Shown: positions 42,197-52,053 of the stretch, piece by piece | Layout of the letters: every line of letters starts with the position of its first letter | Position numbering within the stretch: position 1 is the stretch's first letter | Source of the DNA: an uncultured delta proteobacterium | Lineage (GTDB): Bacteria; Myxococcota; B64-G9 | NCBI GenBank assembly: GCA_963754925.1 | Contig: CAVWHX010000012.1 | Coordinates: 64,001-128,000 of the forward strand | DNA length: 64,000 bases | Reading direction: 5' to 3' | Translations under genes and position numbers: made by a program | The notes under the pieces: generated by a model | Told to the model about the DNA's origin: nothing | The model's input: the letters and a program-made list of their open reading frames with translations, nothing else | Databases searched by the model: none

Positions 42197-44125
42197 TCAT
42201 TCAAGCTGTTGTTTGCGGCAGCCCCAGGTTAGAGTGTACTCATAGGTGCCGAGCTCATCGCGCCAGTACTCTCCCTCATAGGGCCAGAAATGTTTCTCGT
42301 CATCCGTGGCAGCGGTCCAATCGTACGGTAACAAGGTTGGACCAAGATCCTGTTCGCCGGTCCTCGCTTTTTTAAGAACCTCCATCTCGGCGGTGTTATT
42401 TTCCACAACAATACTTCTTGCCTGAGATATTTGAACTCGAAGAGAGTCACGCTCTTGCTCAAGTCGTCTTTTGGTGAGGAGCCCGGCCCCTTTTATCAAC
42501 TCACCTCTGCGCCGTACCAGGCTGTCTTTAAGCAAGGTCGCGAATTTATTCTTCGAGAAGATATCCTTTTGCTTGCCGATACGCTCAAGCTCTCGTTCGA
42601 TCTCAAGTACAAAGGTATTGAGCACCTGTAGATCCTTATCGGATAACGCCACCTTAAGGATACGGCGGAGGAGGTCGCCCGCCTTGCCTTCCGGCGGAAT
42701 CTGCTGAATGGCAAGCAGTTGTTTGTAGTAGTTATCAGGAGACTGTTCCTTTGTGGTCAGTTTTTCGAGCTCTTTAAAAAGCGGCTCGTACCGCCTCTTG
42801 AATTCTTCCACTATTTGGTTTGACTCAGGATAGCGGCAATTTTCGTAATACGTGACTGCTTTGAGTATGAGTGACTCGGGAAAGTACTCATCACGAAAGA
42901 AGGGGCTATCAAGGGTTATCAGGTTGCCGAGCGCTTTTTGGTACATAGCGATCCTAAACCAGGCCCACGAAGCCTCGAACAAAGACTCCAACCAATTTTC
43001 ACTATCGCGATGGATATGGTCATAGTAAAACAGCGCATAACGGAACTGTTTGTGGCTATAATGCGTTCGCGCTAATTGGAAAAACGCTAACTCGCGAAGT
43101 TTGTCGTCGCGAAATGATCCTGTCTTCGGGTGCAGTAAGCGCACAACCTCCCGGAAATTGTCGATAGCGACCTCGAAATTCTCTTGTTTAAAGGCGATAA
43201 GACCCTGTAGATATTTGGCTTTCGGGTAGAATTTATTCTTTTCATTAATCTGCAACAACAAGGCGTTTGATTTTGATAAAAATCCAACTGAATCCGTGGG
43301 CAAAGCGGTCGGTCCGGCCTTTTTTGTTGTGTCTAGGTCAAGGCCAAAACCTTCATCTTTTTTAGGTTCTGCTTTTTTATTGCCCGCGCTGAGATCGAAA
43401 CCAAATTCCTCTATCGGCTTTTCCTTGGCAGTATCCTCCGATTTGGAGGATGCAGCGGCAACGGTTGTTTTTTCAATCTCAAGCGCTCTGACATAGAAAT
43501 ACTTGCCGAGAAGAAATAAGAACTCATCTTTATATTTGTCCGGAAACTCGATGTCGGCATAACGAGCGATATACCTGAGCACCTCGGTCTGATCGGAGAT
43601 CTTGTGGCTTATAAAGAAAAGCCACTCAAGCGAGGTCTTGAAGTATTTGTGATCGGTTCCCTTATCGATGATGCCGCCAAAATACTTCAGAGCAGAATGG
43701 TACAAACCCATACGATAGAGCGCCTTGCCCAACTGGTACTCGGCCGCTTGAAAAAACTCCTTCGCCTTTGGGTTGTTGTAAATTTCCCAAAAATCAATCG
43801 CGGCGACGGCAAAATCCTCATTCTTCAGGTGGTCGAGGGCCTTATCCATCGCCTCCTTTTCGACATTCTTCACCGAGACATCGAGGGTCTCGAACCCGAG
43901 ATCGACACCCGCCTTGCCGGCCGCTGCCTTGGCGGCAGGTTTTCGAGAGGGTTTCTCGGTTGTCTTTTGGGCCGGCTCGGCCTTCTTCTGGCTATCAACT
44001 CCTGTGGGAGCATTGCTCTGGGCCAGCGCCAAGCCACTCACTGGCAACAACCAACCTGGGCCAGTGACAGACAGCAGAAAAGCCACGGACGAGATCGTAC
44101 AAAGCTTTACTAATGAAAAAGCCAT
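42197..44125 (-). CDS. gltC: GltC periplasmic TPR protein
   Basis: LFEASWAWF, ALGNLITL.SPFF..EYFPE, C-terminal WPYEGEYWRDELGTY.Y. Confidence 0.9.
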   Translation of the reverse strand: MAFSLVKLCTISSVAFLLSVTGPGWLLPVSGLALAQSNAPTGVDSQKKAEPAQKTTEKPSRKPAAKAAAGKAGVDLGFETLDVSVKNVEKEAMDKALDHLKNEDFAVAAIDFWEIYNNPKAKEFFQAAEYQLGKALYRMGLYHSALKYFGGIIDKGTDHKYFKTSLEWLFFISHKISDQTEVLRYIARYADIEFPDKYKDEFLFLLGKYFYVRALEIEKTTVAAASSKSEDTAKEKPIEEFGFDLSAGNKKAEPKKDEGFGLDLDTTKKAGPTALPTDSVGFLSKSNALLLQINEKNKFYPKAKYLQGLIAFKQENFEVAIDNFREVVRLLHPKTGSFRDDKLRELAFFQLARTHYSHKQFRYALFYYDHIHRDSENWLESLFEASWAWFRIAMYQKALGNLITLDSPFFRDEYFPESLILKAVTYYENCRYPESNQIVEEFKRRYEPLFKELEKLTTKEQSPDNYYKQLLAIQQIPPEGKAGDLLRRILKVALSDKDLQVLNTFVLEIERELERIGKQKDIFSKNKFATLLKDSLVRRRGELIKGAGLLTKRRLEQERDSLRVQISQARSIVVENNTAEMEVLKKARTGEQDLGPTLLPYDWTAATDDEKHFWPYEGEYWRDELGTYEYTLTWGCRKQQLE

Positions 44126-44141
44126 CGTCTCACCTCGGAAT

Positions 44142-44891
44142 TTACTGGTATTCATACTCGAAATCCGGCGGGAGGAAGAAGCTTACCGCTATGCCCAACA
44201 TAAGTTGGTTTTGGATATGTGTGTAATTTGCGTCTGCTTCCTCTAGATGAAATCTGTCAGTATAGATCAGGTCTCTTACTTCCAGTTTGATCGCCAGCCA
44301 CGAGGTGACGGAGTAGCGCAGCCCCAAACCGAGGTTGCCCGCCAACTTGGCGCCCGTTGCCGTGGAGACCATCCCCATGCCGCCTATCAGGTAGGCGTCA
44401 AACGGCACGATATCGTTGGTAAAGAAAGAAAGCTTGCCATAGAGTGGCGACCATAACAGGCTGCCCATGAAGTAATAACGCATCTGGCTGACCAGAGGCA
44501 GCGCCTGGTTCGCCCGCTGAAAGTAACCGACCATATCGGTTTGGAAGTCAACGATGTAAATTCCCTGGATCTCTAAGCCGAGACCATCCGCCATGTGGTA
44601 GGTTCCCGCTGCCCCGATTCCCAATCTTTGGTAAAATGCGTCGTTAAGACTAAGGCAAAAAGTCGGGGTAAGCTCCCAGCGGTTGTACTTAAGAAACGCC
44701 CTGCGCTGAATGCTTTTAATACGGTCCTCGCGCAATTCAACTTCCTTCTTCTCTTCGGGCGGCGGCGCCTTGGCCTCCTCGGATTTCTTCGTTTCGGCGG
44801 GCTGTACGACCTGATCGGCCGCGAGCGCTATCGAGGAAGCAACCACTACGCCCAGTATCACTCCAAGGGTACAAGCATGGATGAGCTTCAT
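44142..44891 (-). CDS. gltA: GltA-like outer-membrane beta-barrel
   Basis: EDRIKSIQR..FLK..RWELTP, SLNDAFY, WSPLYGK; A versus B assigned from motif recall and gene order. Confidence 0.75.
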   Translation of the reverse strand: MKLIHACTLGVILGVVVASSIALAADQVVQPAETKKSEEAKAPPPEEKKEVELREDRIKSIQRRAFLKYNRWELTPTFCLSLNDAFYQRLGIGAAGTYHMADGLGLEIQGIYIVDFQTDMVGYFQRANQALPLVSQMRYYFMGSLLWSPLYGKLSFFTNDIVPFDAYLIGGMGMVSTATGAKLAGNLGLGLRYSVTSWLAIKLEVRDLIYTDRFHLEEADANYTHIQNQLMLGIAVSFFLPPDFEYEYQ

Positions 44892-44894
44892 GGC

Positions 44895-45598
44895 TTACTC
44901 CTCTACGATGCCTTCCAAGAAGAAGAGCTTAGGCCAAGGTTAAACATTAGTTGGTGCTGGAAGTGCGAACTGGACGGTTGGCCCTCTTTAATGGTGACCT
45001 CATCATTGAAAATCATGAAGTCCTTCAGCTCGGCCTTGAGCGCCAGGCTACGGGTGAAAAACCACCTAATTCCAAGGCCGAACGTGGCGGCAAGTCCAAC
45101 GTCGGTTTTTTTATCGGCAAGTTCCCCGCCAATGGCGCCAAAACCTAGCAACAAATAAGTGTCAAAGTGCATCACGGCTTCGCTGGCGACGTTGATCTTG
45201 CCGTAGATTGGCGCCCAGGTGAGGTCGATATCTGCCAACCAGGTGCGCTTTCCTGAATAGGGAATGACCATGCTTTTATTATCGCTGCTGTACAAGGAGG
45301 TATTGCTGGTTTTTATGTTGAGTTTGTCAAAGGTATAGGTGCCGATAGCCTGGATGGCAAAGGCCTCGGAAATATGGTAGGCTAATCCTGCACCAAATCC
45401 AAGCTTTTCGTAGAAGGCGTCGTTGAGACTGATACTGGTCAACGGAAAAATCATAAGCTCCAGCCGCCTGCTTTTAACGAAAACGCGGTTGGAAACTGAA
45501 CTGATTCGATCTTTTAGTTCTTTTGGCGTTTCCTCGGCAAAGGCTGGGCGCATCCATGAGATCGCCAAAAAAACGATCATCAGGGTGATCTTTTTCAC
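44895..45598 (-). CDS. gltB: GltB-like outer-membrane beta-barrel; 1-nt frameshift near 44926
   Basis: LKDRISSVS, SLNDAFY, WAPIYGK; adding one T restores the ending NLGLSFFFLEGIVEE. Confidence 0.75.
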
Positions 45599-45725
45599 TG
45601 TTGTGCCCCTTTTTCGGAAGCAAATTTTATTTACCACTCGCTGCTCCATCCCCCTTTTCACATCTCGAAAGCTAACCCACCATCATTTCTAAAATCTCTA
45701 GAATTCTGAGTATAATCAGGTTTTA

Positions 45726-45754
45726 AGTCTAGTACGGGGCATCTGACCTGTCAA
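45726..45754 (-). promoter_or_regulatory. Sigma70-type promoter for the gltB-J operon
   Basis: TTGACA-17 bp-TAGACT on the minus strand in an AT-rich divergent gap. Confidence 0.65.
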
Positions 45755-45887
45755 GGTAATTTCCCTTTTTAATTGTAGAATTAATGGGTTTTAGGATGGA
45801 TTTTTTCTTGTCTTTCTGCCCGCGATCATGATAAAAAATATTAGTTATACCGGTCAAAGTCAGAGCGGGACTATTGGGAGTAATTAC

Positions 45888-46640
45888 ATGCGATATTCCG
45901 TGTTGGCCTTAATTGTCATAACGACTGTTTCAACACTTATGCTTATCGGCTGCAACGAGTCATCGATCGGACAACCCTGTCAATTCGATTGGCCGGAAAA
46001 TGACTCCGGGACGGCTACGCCGTGCACTTCCCTCCCCCAATGTCACCCTCTGTTGAATCCCTCTAGTACTACTGGTGGAGTTCCTGTGGCTGCCTGCCCG
46101 CTCGATTGTATCGCTATTTCATCGATACAATGCGTGGATTTGTTCTGTGTCGCCACCCAGGTTCCCGACGACTACCAACAAATGAACGGTCAGTGCACGT
46201 TGGTAGATAATCCCTCCGACACGCAATGCCCGAAAAAACTTTCTAGCTGTATGGGCTATTGCACTAAGGAATGCAACACGGATAAGGATTGCCCTAAAGA
46301 CTACACCTGTAACACGACGGCACCCTACACGCTTCCGTGCAGCGATGCAGATGCAGTAAATTGGGGGACCGTGTGCACCGCTGACTGTATCCCCTCCGGC
46401 CAGCAGATTCCCGGTCAAGCATCAGGCACCAACTGTCCCTCAGATGTTAATATATGCAAAAACGATATAACTTCGAACTATAATACATGCTGCCTCTGCA
46501 TTTGCAGCAAATTCTGCCCGTTGTTAAAACAGAAAGTCTGCCGCAAAAGTACCTATGATGCGAAGCTGTTCCCCAACGGTAGCTTGAGTGACGCGGACTT
46601 CAATACACTCAATCAGTGCTATCAGCAGTCTAGTCAATGA
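45888..46640 (+). CDS. gltK: Cys-rich lipoprotein, GltK/CglC-like
   Basis: LIGC lipobox, IGQPC, C.DLFCV, GYCTKEC; divergent from gltB. Confidence 0.65.
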   Translation: MRYSVLALIVITTVSTLMLIGCNESSIGQPCQFDWPENDSGTATPCTSLPQCHPLLNPSSTTGGVPVAACPLDCIAISSIQCVDLFCVATQVPDDYQQMNGQCTLVDNPSDTQCPKKLSSCMGYCTKECNTDKDCPKDYTCNTTAPYTLPCSDADAVNWGTVCTADCIPSGQQIPGQASGTNCPSDVNICKNDITSNYNTCCLCICSKFCPLLKQKVCRKSTYDAKLFPNGSLSDADFNTLNQCYQQSSQ

Positions 46641-46859
46641 ATCATAAGAGGCATTCAAGAAGCCATGGTAACAAAGTAAGCGTCAGACCCAAGTTTTGAA
46701 GTCTGATGATCTCCAGATATTGACAGCGAGTCGATCCCTTTCATAGAGTCATTAAAAGTGGGGAGTGTCCGGCGATCAGATACCGGGCAAGCCTATCGGC
46801 AAAATCGGGGATCAAGGGATCCTCGATGTGACTACTAAAGAATAGAGATCGAGGAGACC

Positions 46860-47975
46860 ATGGGATCACCACAACAAGTCTACTGGGTCGCGTTTGACAA
46901 GCTGGAAGCATTCATGAAGGACGTGTTCATCGGCATCGGGGTGCCGCCTGAAGACGCCGCTATCTGCGCCGATATTCTGATTACCTCCGACAAGCGTGGA
47001 ATCGACTCCCACGGAATAGGCCGACTCAAACCCATCTATTACGACCGCATCAAACAGGGGATCCAATTCCCGAAGACGCAGTTCGAAATCGTCCGAGAAG
47101 GCCCCACCACGGCCGTCATCGATGGTCACCACGGTATGGGCCACGTTATCGGCAAGCGCGCCATGCAAATGACCATTGACAAGGCCAAAAAGTTTGGCAT
47201 GGGCATGGTGGCGGTCCGCAACTCCACCCATTACGGCATCGCCGGTTATTACGTGCTGATGGCCACGAACGAAGGCATGATCGGGTTGAGCGGCACCAAC
47301 GCGCGTCCATCGATCGCGCCGACCTTCGGAGTCGAAAACATGCTCGGGACCAATCCCCTGACGTTTGGAATCCCAACCGACGAGGATTTTCCTTTCGTGA
47401 TTGACTGCGCCACCAGCGTTACCCAGCGCGGCAAGATTGAGCTGTACGAACGGCAAGGTAAGGATGTCCCCCCCGGCTGGGTGATCGATGTGGAAGGCCG
47501 CTCGCGCACCGATACCAGCCAAATCCTAAAGGATTTGGTGGCCGGCACCGCTGCGCTGACGCCGCTCGGAGGTCTCGGGGAAGAAACCGGCGGCTACAAG
47601 GGCTACGGATATGCAACCGTGGTCGAGATTTTGAGCGCGGCGCTTCAACAGGGCGCCTTTCTTAAGGGACTGCTGGGCTTCGAAAACGGCAAGCCGGTGC
47701 CGTACAAGCTCGGCCACTTTTTCATGGCGATCGATGTGGCGGCTTTTGTGGATGTCGAGGCCTTTAAGAAAACCAGCGGTGAGATATGCCGCGAGCTTAG
47801 AAATTCCAAGAAAGCGCCTGGCGCCGAACGTATTTATACCGCCGGCGAGAAAGAGCATCTGGCTTGGCTTGAGCGAAAGGACAAGGGCGTCCCGGTAAAC
47901 GATGCCTTGATCAAGCACATCAACGTTATGCGCGCCGAGTGCAAGTTAACGAAATACTCTTTCCCATGGGACTAG
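46860..47975 (+). CDS. Ldh2-family (malate/L-lactate-type) oxidoreductase
   Basis: RGIDSHG, NSTHYG, GTNPL, GGYKGYG. Confidence 0.93.
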   Translation: MGSPQQVYWVAFDKLEAFMKDVFIGIGVPPEDAAICADILITSDKRGIDSHGIGRLKPIYYDRIKQGIQFPKTQFEIVREGPTTAVIDGHHGMGHVIGKRAMQMTIDKAKKFGMGMVAVRNSTHYGIAGYYVLMATNEGMIGLSGTNARPSIAPTFGVENMLGTNPLTFGIPTDEDFPFVIDCATSVTQRGKIELYERQGKDVPPGWVIDVEGRSRTDTSQILKDLVAGTAALTPLGGLGEETGGYKGYGYATVVEILSAALQQGAFLKGLLGFENGKPVPYKLGHFFMAIDVAAFVDVEAFKKTSGEICRELRNSKKAPGAERIYTAGEKEHLAWLERKDKGVPVNDALIKHINVMRAECKLTKYSFPWD

Positions 47976-47992
47976 TCGGAGTCCAAACTAAC

Positions 47993-48472
47993 GTGCGCGC
48001 GCAGATGGCCTTCATAGCTATTCTTTTGATGTTATCCGTCGGGACCATTTTCGCCGCACCGAGAGCGACGGTCATCCCGGCGACCGTACTGGTAGGCAGG
48101 CCAACCATAGAACCGGACAGATCCATCTCCTTTTATGTGTGGACTGATGCGGATAGGCTCCACGTCCGCTGGACGACCGCCGGCAAGCCGGTCCTGTTCT
48201 CAGGTATGCTCAGCTTCGACAGGCCTTTGAAAGACCTCAAGAGACTACTCGACGTCGGATCGGGATGGGTGAAAAATCAGGGGGACCGCATCGTCGTGTT
48301 TAGCGCGACCTCTCGAAACGGAGTGGATGGATTTGACCTAGCGGTGCCGCAGGGCCGAAAGGTTAACGTTGACCTCAAGGTAGACGGCCATGATCCCTCG
48401 CCTAACCAGGTGCTTCTTGGCAGCGCTAAAACTTCGCCAACGGGCATTCCAATAGTTCTATTACTAAGATAA
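47993..48472 (+). CDS. Hypothetical secreted protein
   Basis: Signal-like N-terminus; FYVW.D...HVRWTT, DGFD; start uncertain. Confidence 0.65.
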   Translation: MRAQMAFIAILLMLSVGTIFAAPRATVIPATVLVGRPTIEPDRSISFYVWTDADRLHVRWTTAGKPVLFSGMLSFDRPLKDLKRLLDVGSGWVKNQGDRIVVFSATSRNGVDGFDLAVPQGRKVNVDLKVDGHDPSPNQVLLGSAKTSPTGIPIVLLLR

Positions 48473-48633
48473 CTGCTCTATATAATTACATTATTGTCCA
48501 CTATAATTTAATGGTAATGGAGTTCTAGTGTGATATTAATGTCATCGAGAAGATTGAAAGCGGGATAATAGCGCTTGGTTGTCAGTATGCAAACCCCGTG
48601 ATGCCATGGTTGTATAACTTTTAGGTTTCCTCG

Positions 48634-49641
48634 ATGGCAGCATATTTCACCCGGTGCGTCATTCTATCCATAACGGCGAGTTTATTCTTCTGGGCCTGCG
48701 TTGCACCGTATCCCGTACGGCCATGTCCGGGCGGCTTCAACGCCTCGTTCGTTCAAATGGCTAACCGCGAACGCAGCTATAACCTCCCCGACTGGAAAAG
48801 CGGTCTGCAGTTATTGCGTTCGGTCGGAATACAAACAATCGTTCTTCAATACAGCGGTGACGAGCACGGATTCTATGACGACCAAGCGACCGGAAGCAAA
48901 CCAATCCGCGCGGTGCTTGAGGCGGCGCAGGAACTCAATGTCAGCGTGCTGCTTGGGCTCTATAAGGATCCCGGCTGGCCCGAGACTTTTGCGGTTGATT
49001 TTAATCTTTCTCCCCCACTCGATCAGCCGTCCGAGATGCAGGCGCTCGTGAAACTATGCACTGCGTTTCGCTCATGCGTGGGATGGTTCATCCCGCAACC
49101 CATCGATGAGCATACCTGGGGGTCTGCCGAACGCATGAAGGAACTGCGCTCGTTTCTCGAGCGAACCTCACAAAAGTTGCGCAACCTCACTCCCGGCAAA
49201 CCCATTGCCATTACCTCATTGTTTACCGGCGAACTCGACCCGCAGGCGCACGCCGCGTGGTGGAACCAAATCCTGGCCGAACGTCCCGTCGACATGCTCA
49301 TGTTTCAAGACGGCGTCGGAACCGGGCGCGCCACCGCTGAATCAACCCAGCGCCTCCTGGACGCACTCTGGCCCGTCACCGATACCTTGGGAATCGCTCT
49401 GTGGGCAGTAATTGATGTATTTCACCAAATATATGGACCGCCGCTTAACAACTTACCCTTTGAGGCGGTTCCGGCTACGCTTGAGAGCGTTATCCACAGT
49501 ATTGAGCTCGAGCGCACAACCGGCGCACGACTAGTCGTATTTACGTACCTTGATTACATGGATCCAACGCTTGGTGCCGTTTCGAAAAGGCTCCATCAGG
49601 GTTATGCCGAATGGTGCGAGGGGGAGCTCGAGCAGAAGTAA
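48634..49641 (+). CDS. DUF4434-like putative glycoside hydrolase
   Basis: GIQTIVLQYS, VLLGL..DP, GWFIPQ, FQDGVG. Confidence 0.7.
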   Translation: MAAYFTRCVILSITASLFFWACVAPYPVRPCPGGFNASFVQMANRERSYNLPDWKSGLQLLRSVGIQTIVLQYSGDEHGFYDDQATGSKPIRAVLEAAQELNVSVLLGLYKDPGWPETFAVDFNLSPPLDQPSEMQALVKLCTAFRSCVGWFIPQPIDEHTWGSAERMKELRSFLERTSQKLRNLTPGKPIAITSLFTGELDPQAHAAWWNQILAERPVDMLMFQDGVGTGRATAESTQRLLDALWPVTDTLGIALWAVIDVFHQIYGPPLNNLPFEAVPATLESVIHSIELERTTGARLVVFTYLDYMDPTLGAVSKRLHQGYAEWCEGELEQK

Positions 49642-49651
49642 CACACACGTC

Positions 49652-50212
49652 TCAATGGCAAAACCCAAAGACCGCGATACCGATGGGAACGTGCAGTTTG
49701 ACAAAGATAGCGGCGCCCTTTTCGCCACTGACTTCTTGCTGCCATTCGAGTCCAACGACACTCCATCCCGCGGCGAGAGAGGTGGCGAGCCTTGACCTTT
49801 CACCGTACATGACCCCGGCTTGACCCCAAAAGCCGGACCACAAATGGGTTAGCTCAACTTGCAGACCGCCACCCATCGACAGCAGGCCTCCCAGTTCAAA
49901 GGTTGCGCCGACGGCCGCAAAATACGGTTCGTGAACAAAAAGTGCACCTGCACGCACGCGGCCGGCGATGCGCCGGTCTACCTTTTGTTGCGTGTAGAAT
50001 CCATATCCAATTTCCAGCTGGGCATCCCAAGAAATGCCCTTTCGCAAGGGCTCATCGAGCACCACGGGAGATTTATCTGGATGGGTATCAGCCGACCGAG
50101 AAGAACCTTCCTCGATCGGCTGATCCTGACGAGGATCGGCTGATTCCCCTGTGGAGGGAAAGGTACTCGCGATACCGCAGAGAAATAAATATCGAACAAC
50201 CGTATTTCTCAT
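49652..50212 (-). CDS. Hypothetical beta-strand-rich outer-membrane-like protein
   Basis: ATGA overlap with the upstream gene; alternating hydrophobic strands. Confidence 0.55.
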   Translation of the reverse strand: MRNTVVRYLFLCGIASTFPSTGESADPRQDQPIEEGSSRSADTHPDKSPVVLDEPLRKGISWDAQLEIGYGFYTQQKVDRRIAGRVRAGALFVHEPYFAAVGATFELGGLLSMGGGLQVELTHLWSGFWGQAGVMYGERSRLATSLAAGWSVVGLEWQQEVSGEKGAAIFVKLHVPIGIAVFGFCH

Positions 50213-50703
50213 GGCGATGCCGAAGACGAGGCTGTCGAGCTTGCCCTTTTCGTCGGCTGAAGATTCAGGGTGATACCCACTGCTATCCGAGGGCCCGTCA
50301 ATTCTGTAATCGGTAATGCTGTTCCATCGATCGCCTGCTGAAGGCAAGAGTATAGCGGATCAGTTCGTGGGGCGGCCCCGCTTAAGCGCAGTTTCCCATC
50401 ACTGAAAACAAAGTCGAAAGAAAGCGGCCCGATGGGTAACACCGCGCCCGACATCGAGGGAAAACAACGCTCAAGGGCATTGGACATACTTTGGGCAAGG
50501 GGCGTGACGATCTGTTCGGGCTTGACGGTTGGATAGGTGGTGACAACGGCCTCGATGCGAGGGAGAGCCCCTCGTGGTTCCAAATGAATTTCATAGGCAG
50601 CACCGGACGGAGCTTTTCCGGTGGAGTCCGATGTTCGACAGCTTGAGAGGAGAAACAAGAGGAGGACAGTGGAAGAATATCCTCCGTTGAGGAAGGTTCT
50701 CAC
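50209..50703 (-). CDS. Hypothetical lipoprotein
   Basis: LLLFLLSSC lipobox. Confidence 0.6.
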   Translation of the reverse strand: MRTFLNGGYSSTVLLLFLLSSCRTSDSTGKAPSGAAYEIHLEPRGALPRIEAVVTTYPTVKPEQIVTPLAQSMSNALERCFPSMSGAVLPIGPLSFDFVFSDGKLRLSGAAPRTDPLYSCLQQAIDGTALPITELTGPRIAVGITLNLQPTKRASSTASSSASP

Positions 50704-50731
50704 AAAGCGAACCTCTCGGCGTGCGGATATA

Positions 50732-50941
50732 CTATGGAGCCTCTGCGGACTCGACGCAGCCGGTCAAGCCGGCATCGTTCATCTTGCATACATATACTTT
50801 CCGTAAGGCGCCAAATAATAGACCGTCATTGCGCGCGACAATCACCTTGTCGCCGATGACCCCTACTCCACCGTAACTGCAGCCTCCCAAAATACCCACA
50901 GCCACCACGAGAGCTATTACGACCTTTAGTGCTTTCTTCAT
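50732..50941 (-). CDS. Small hypothetical lipoprotein
   Basis: MKKALK...ILGGC; AGGAG RBS. Confidence 0.7.
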   Translation of the reverse strand: MKKALKVVIALVVAVGILGGCSYGGVGVIGDKVIVARNDGLLFGALRKVYVCKMNDAGLTGCVESAEAP

Positions 50942-51265
50942 TTCTTTTCTCCTTCTCGTTTGTGTTTTGACGTGGCGGTAATCCCCGGTCGTGACGGTCT
51001 CAGGCACCGACCAGCTACCTCCACATTCCTTAACTATACTTTGGGCGTACGTCATCCACCCGTGACCGTATAAGTTTGTCCAAATAGCAGTTGTTTGATC
51101 CGAAGTCAAACAAATTAATCGGATCCAGGAAATCGGCTGTTCGACATGCGGTGAGGCAGAATTGCGATGATATAATCAACACTGTCGAACAACTTCGAAC
51201 TTGCATTTGTCGAAAAAATGTGTATTGGTTTTCTATTTACACTTGATGAGGAGGCAGAACATCCG

Positions 51266-51880
51266 ATGATAATTGAGATTAGTCCCACCCACCCACAACC
51301 GAGACTCGTGCGCAGAGTGGTTGAAGCTCTTGCTCAAGGCGCGGTAATCGGATACCCAACCGACACCGTATACGGCATTGGTTGCGATATCTTTTCGAAA
51401 TCCGGCATCGAACGTATCTATCAACTCAAGGATCGCAGCCGCAAAAAGCCCCTGAGCTTTATCTGCGCCGATCTCAAGGATATCAGCCGCTACGCCCAGG
51501 TTCCCGATCACGTGTACCGTACGATGCGCAAGTACCTGCCGGGGCCCTTTACGTTCATCCTCGAAGCAACCAAAGAGGTCCCGCGTATCATGATGTCAAA
51601 GCGCCGGACGGTCGGCATCCGCGTGCCTAATCATCCAATCTGTCTGGCCATGGTCCGGGAGCTGATGCACCCGATCATCAGTACCAGCGCTAACGTCAGC
51701 GAGGAGGCGCCGATCTGCGATCCCCGCGAAATCGACCAACGCATGGGCAAGGTACTCGACCTGGTCGTCGACGGCGGCTCCCTTCCCAATATCCCTTCCA
51801 CGGTCGTTGATCTGAGCGGTGATGTTCCCGTGATCATCCGACAAGGCAAAGGCATCCTGGAAGAGGCCCAGCCGCAATAA
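51266..51880 (+). CDS. Sua5/YciO/YrdC-family protein (YciO-like)
   Basis: HPQPRL, YPTDTVYGIGC, LPGPFTFIL, VGIRVP, STSAN. Confidence 0.92.
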   Translation: MIIEISPTHPQPRLVRRVVEALAQGAVIGYPTDTVYGIGCDIFSKSGIERIYQLKDRSRKKPLSFICADLKDISRYAQVPDHVYRTMRKYLPGPFTFILEATKEVPRIMMSKRRTVGIRVPNHPICLAMVRELMHPIISTSANVSEEAPICDPREIDQRMGKVLDLVVDGGSLPNIPSTVVDLSGDVPVIIRQGKGILEEAQPQ

Positions 51881-51927
51881 GGGTTCCCCCTGAAGGTATG
51901 CGAAGGTATGGCGCTCTGTAAATGACA

Positions 51928-52050
51928 TACAGAGTGCCAGAACAAAGCAGACCAAGGAGCAACGAAGCCGAGGAGTGAGGCGTACTAAATGTACGCCGCA
52001 ACGACGAGGCGAGGCGGCGACGCAGGTATGCGAAGTTATGGCGCTCTGTA
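51928..52050 (-). repeat. Family-2 palindromic element, intergenic, preceded by a duplicated end (51894-51922)
   Basis: IR tacagagtgcca/tggcgctctgta, core ggcgtac-taaat-gtacgcc; minus-strand motifs TGCGTCG and CTCCTTG. Confidence 0.85.
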
Positions 52051-52053
52051 AAG

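Noticed and set aside
48531..48544. Palindrome tgatattaatgtca
   Set aside because: Imperfect and within AT-rich sequence; plausible by chance.
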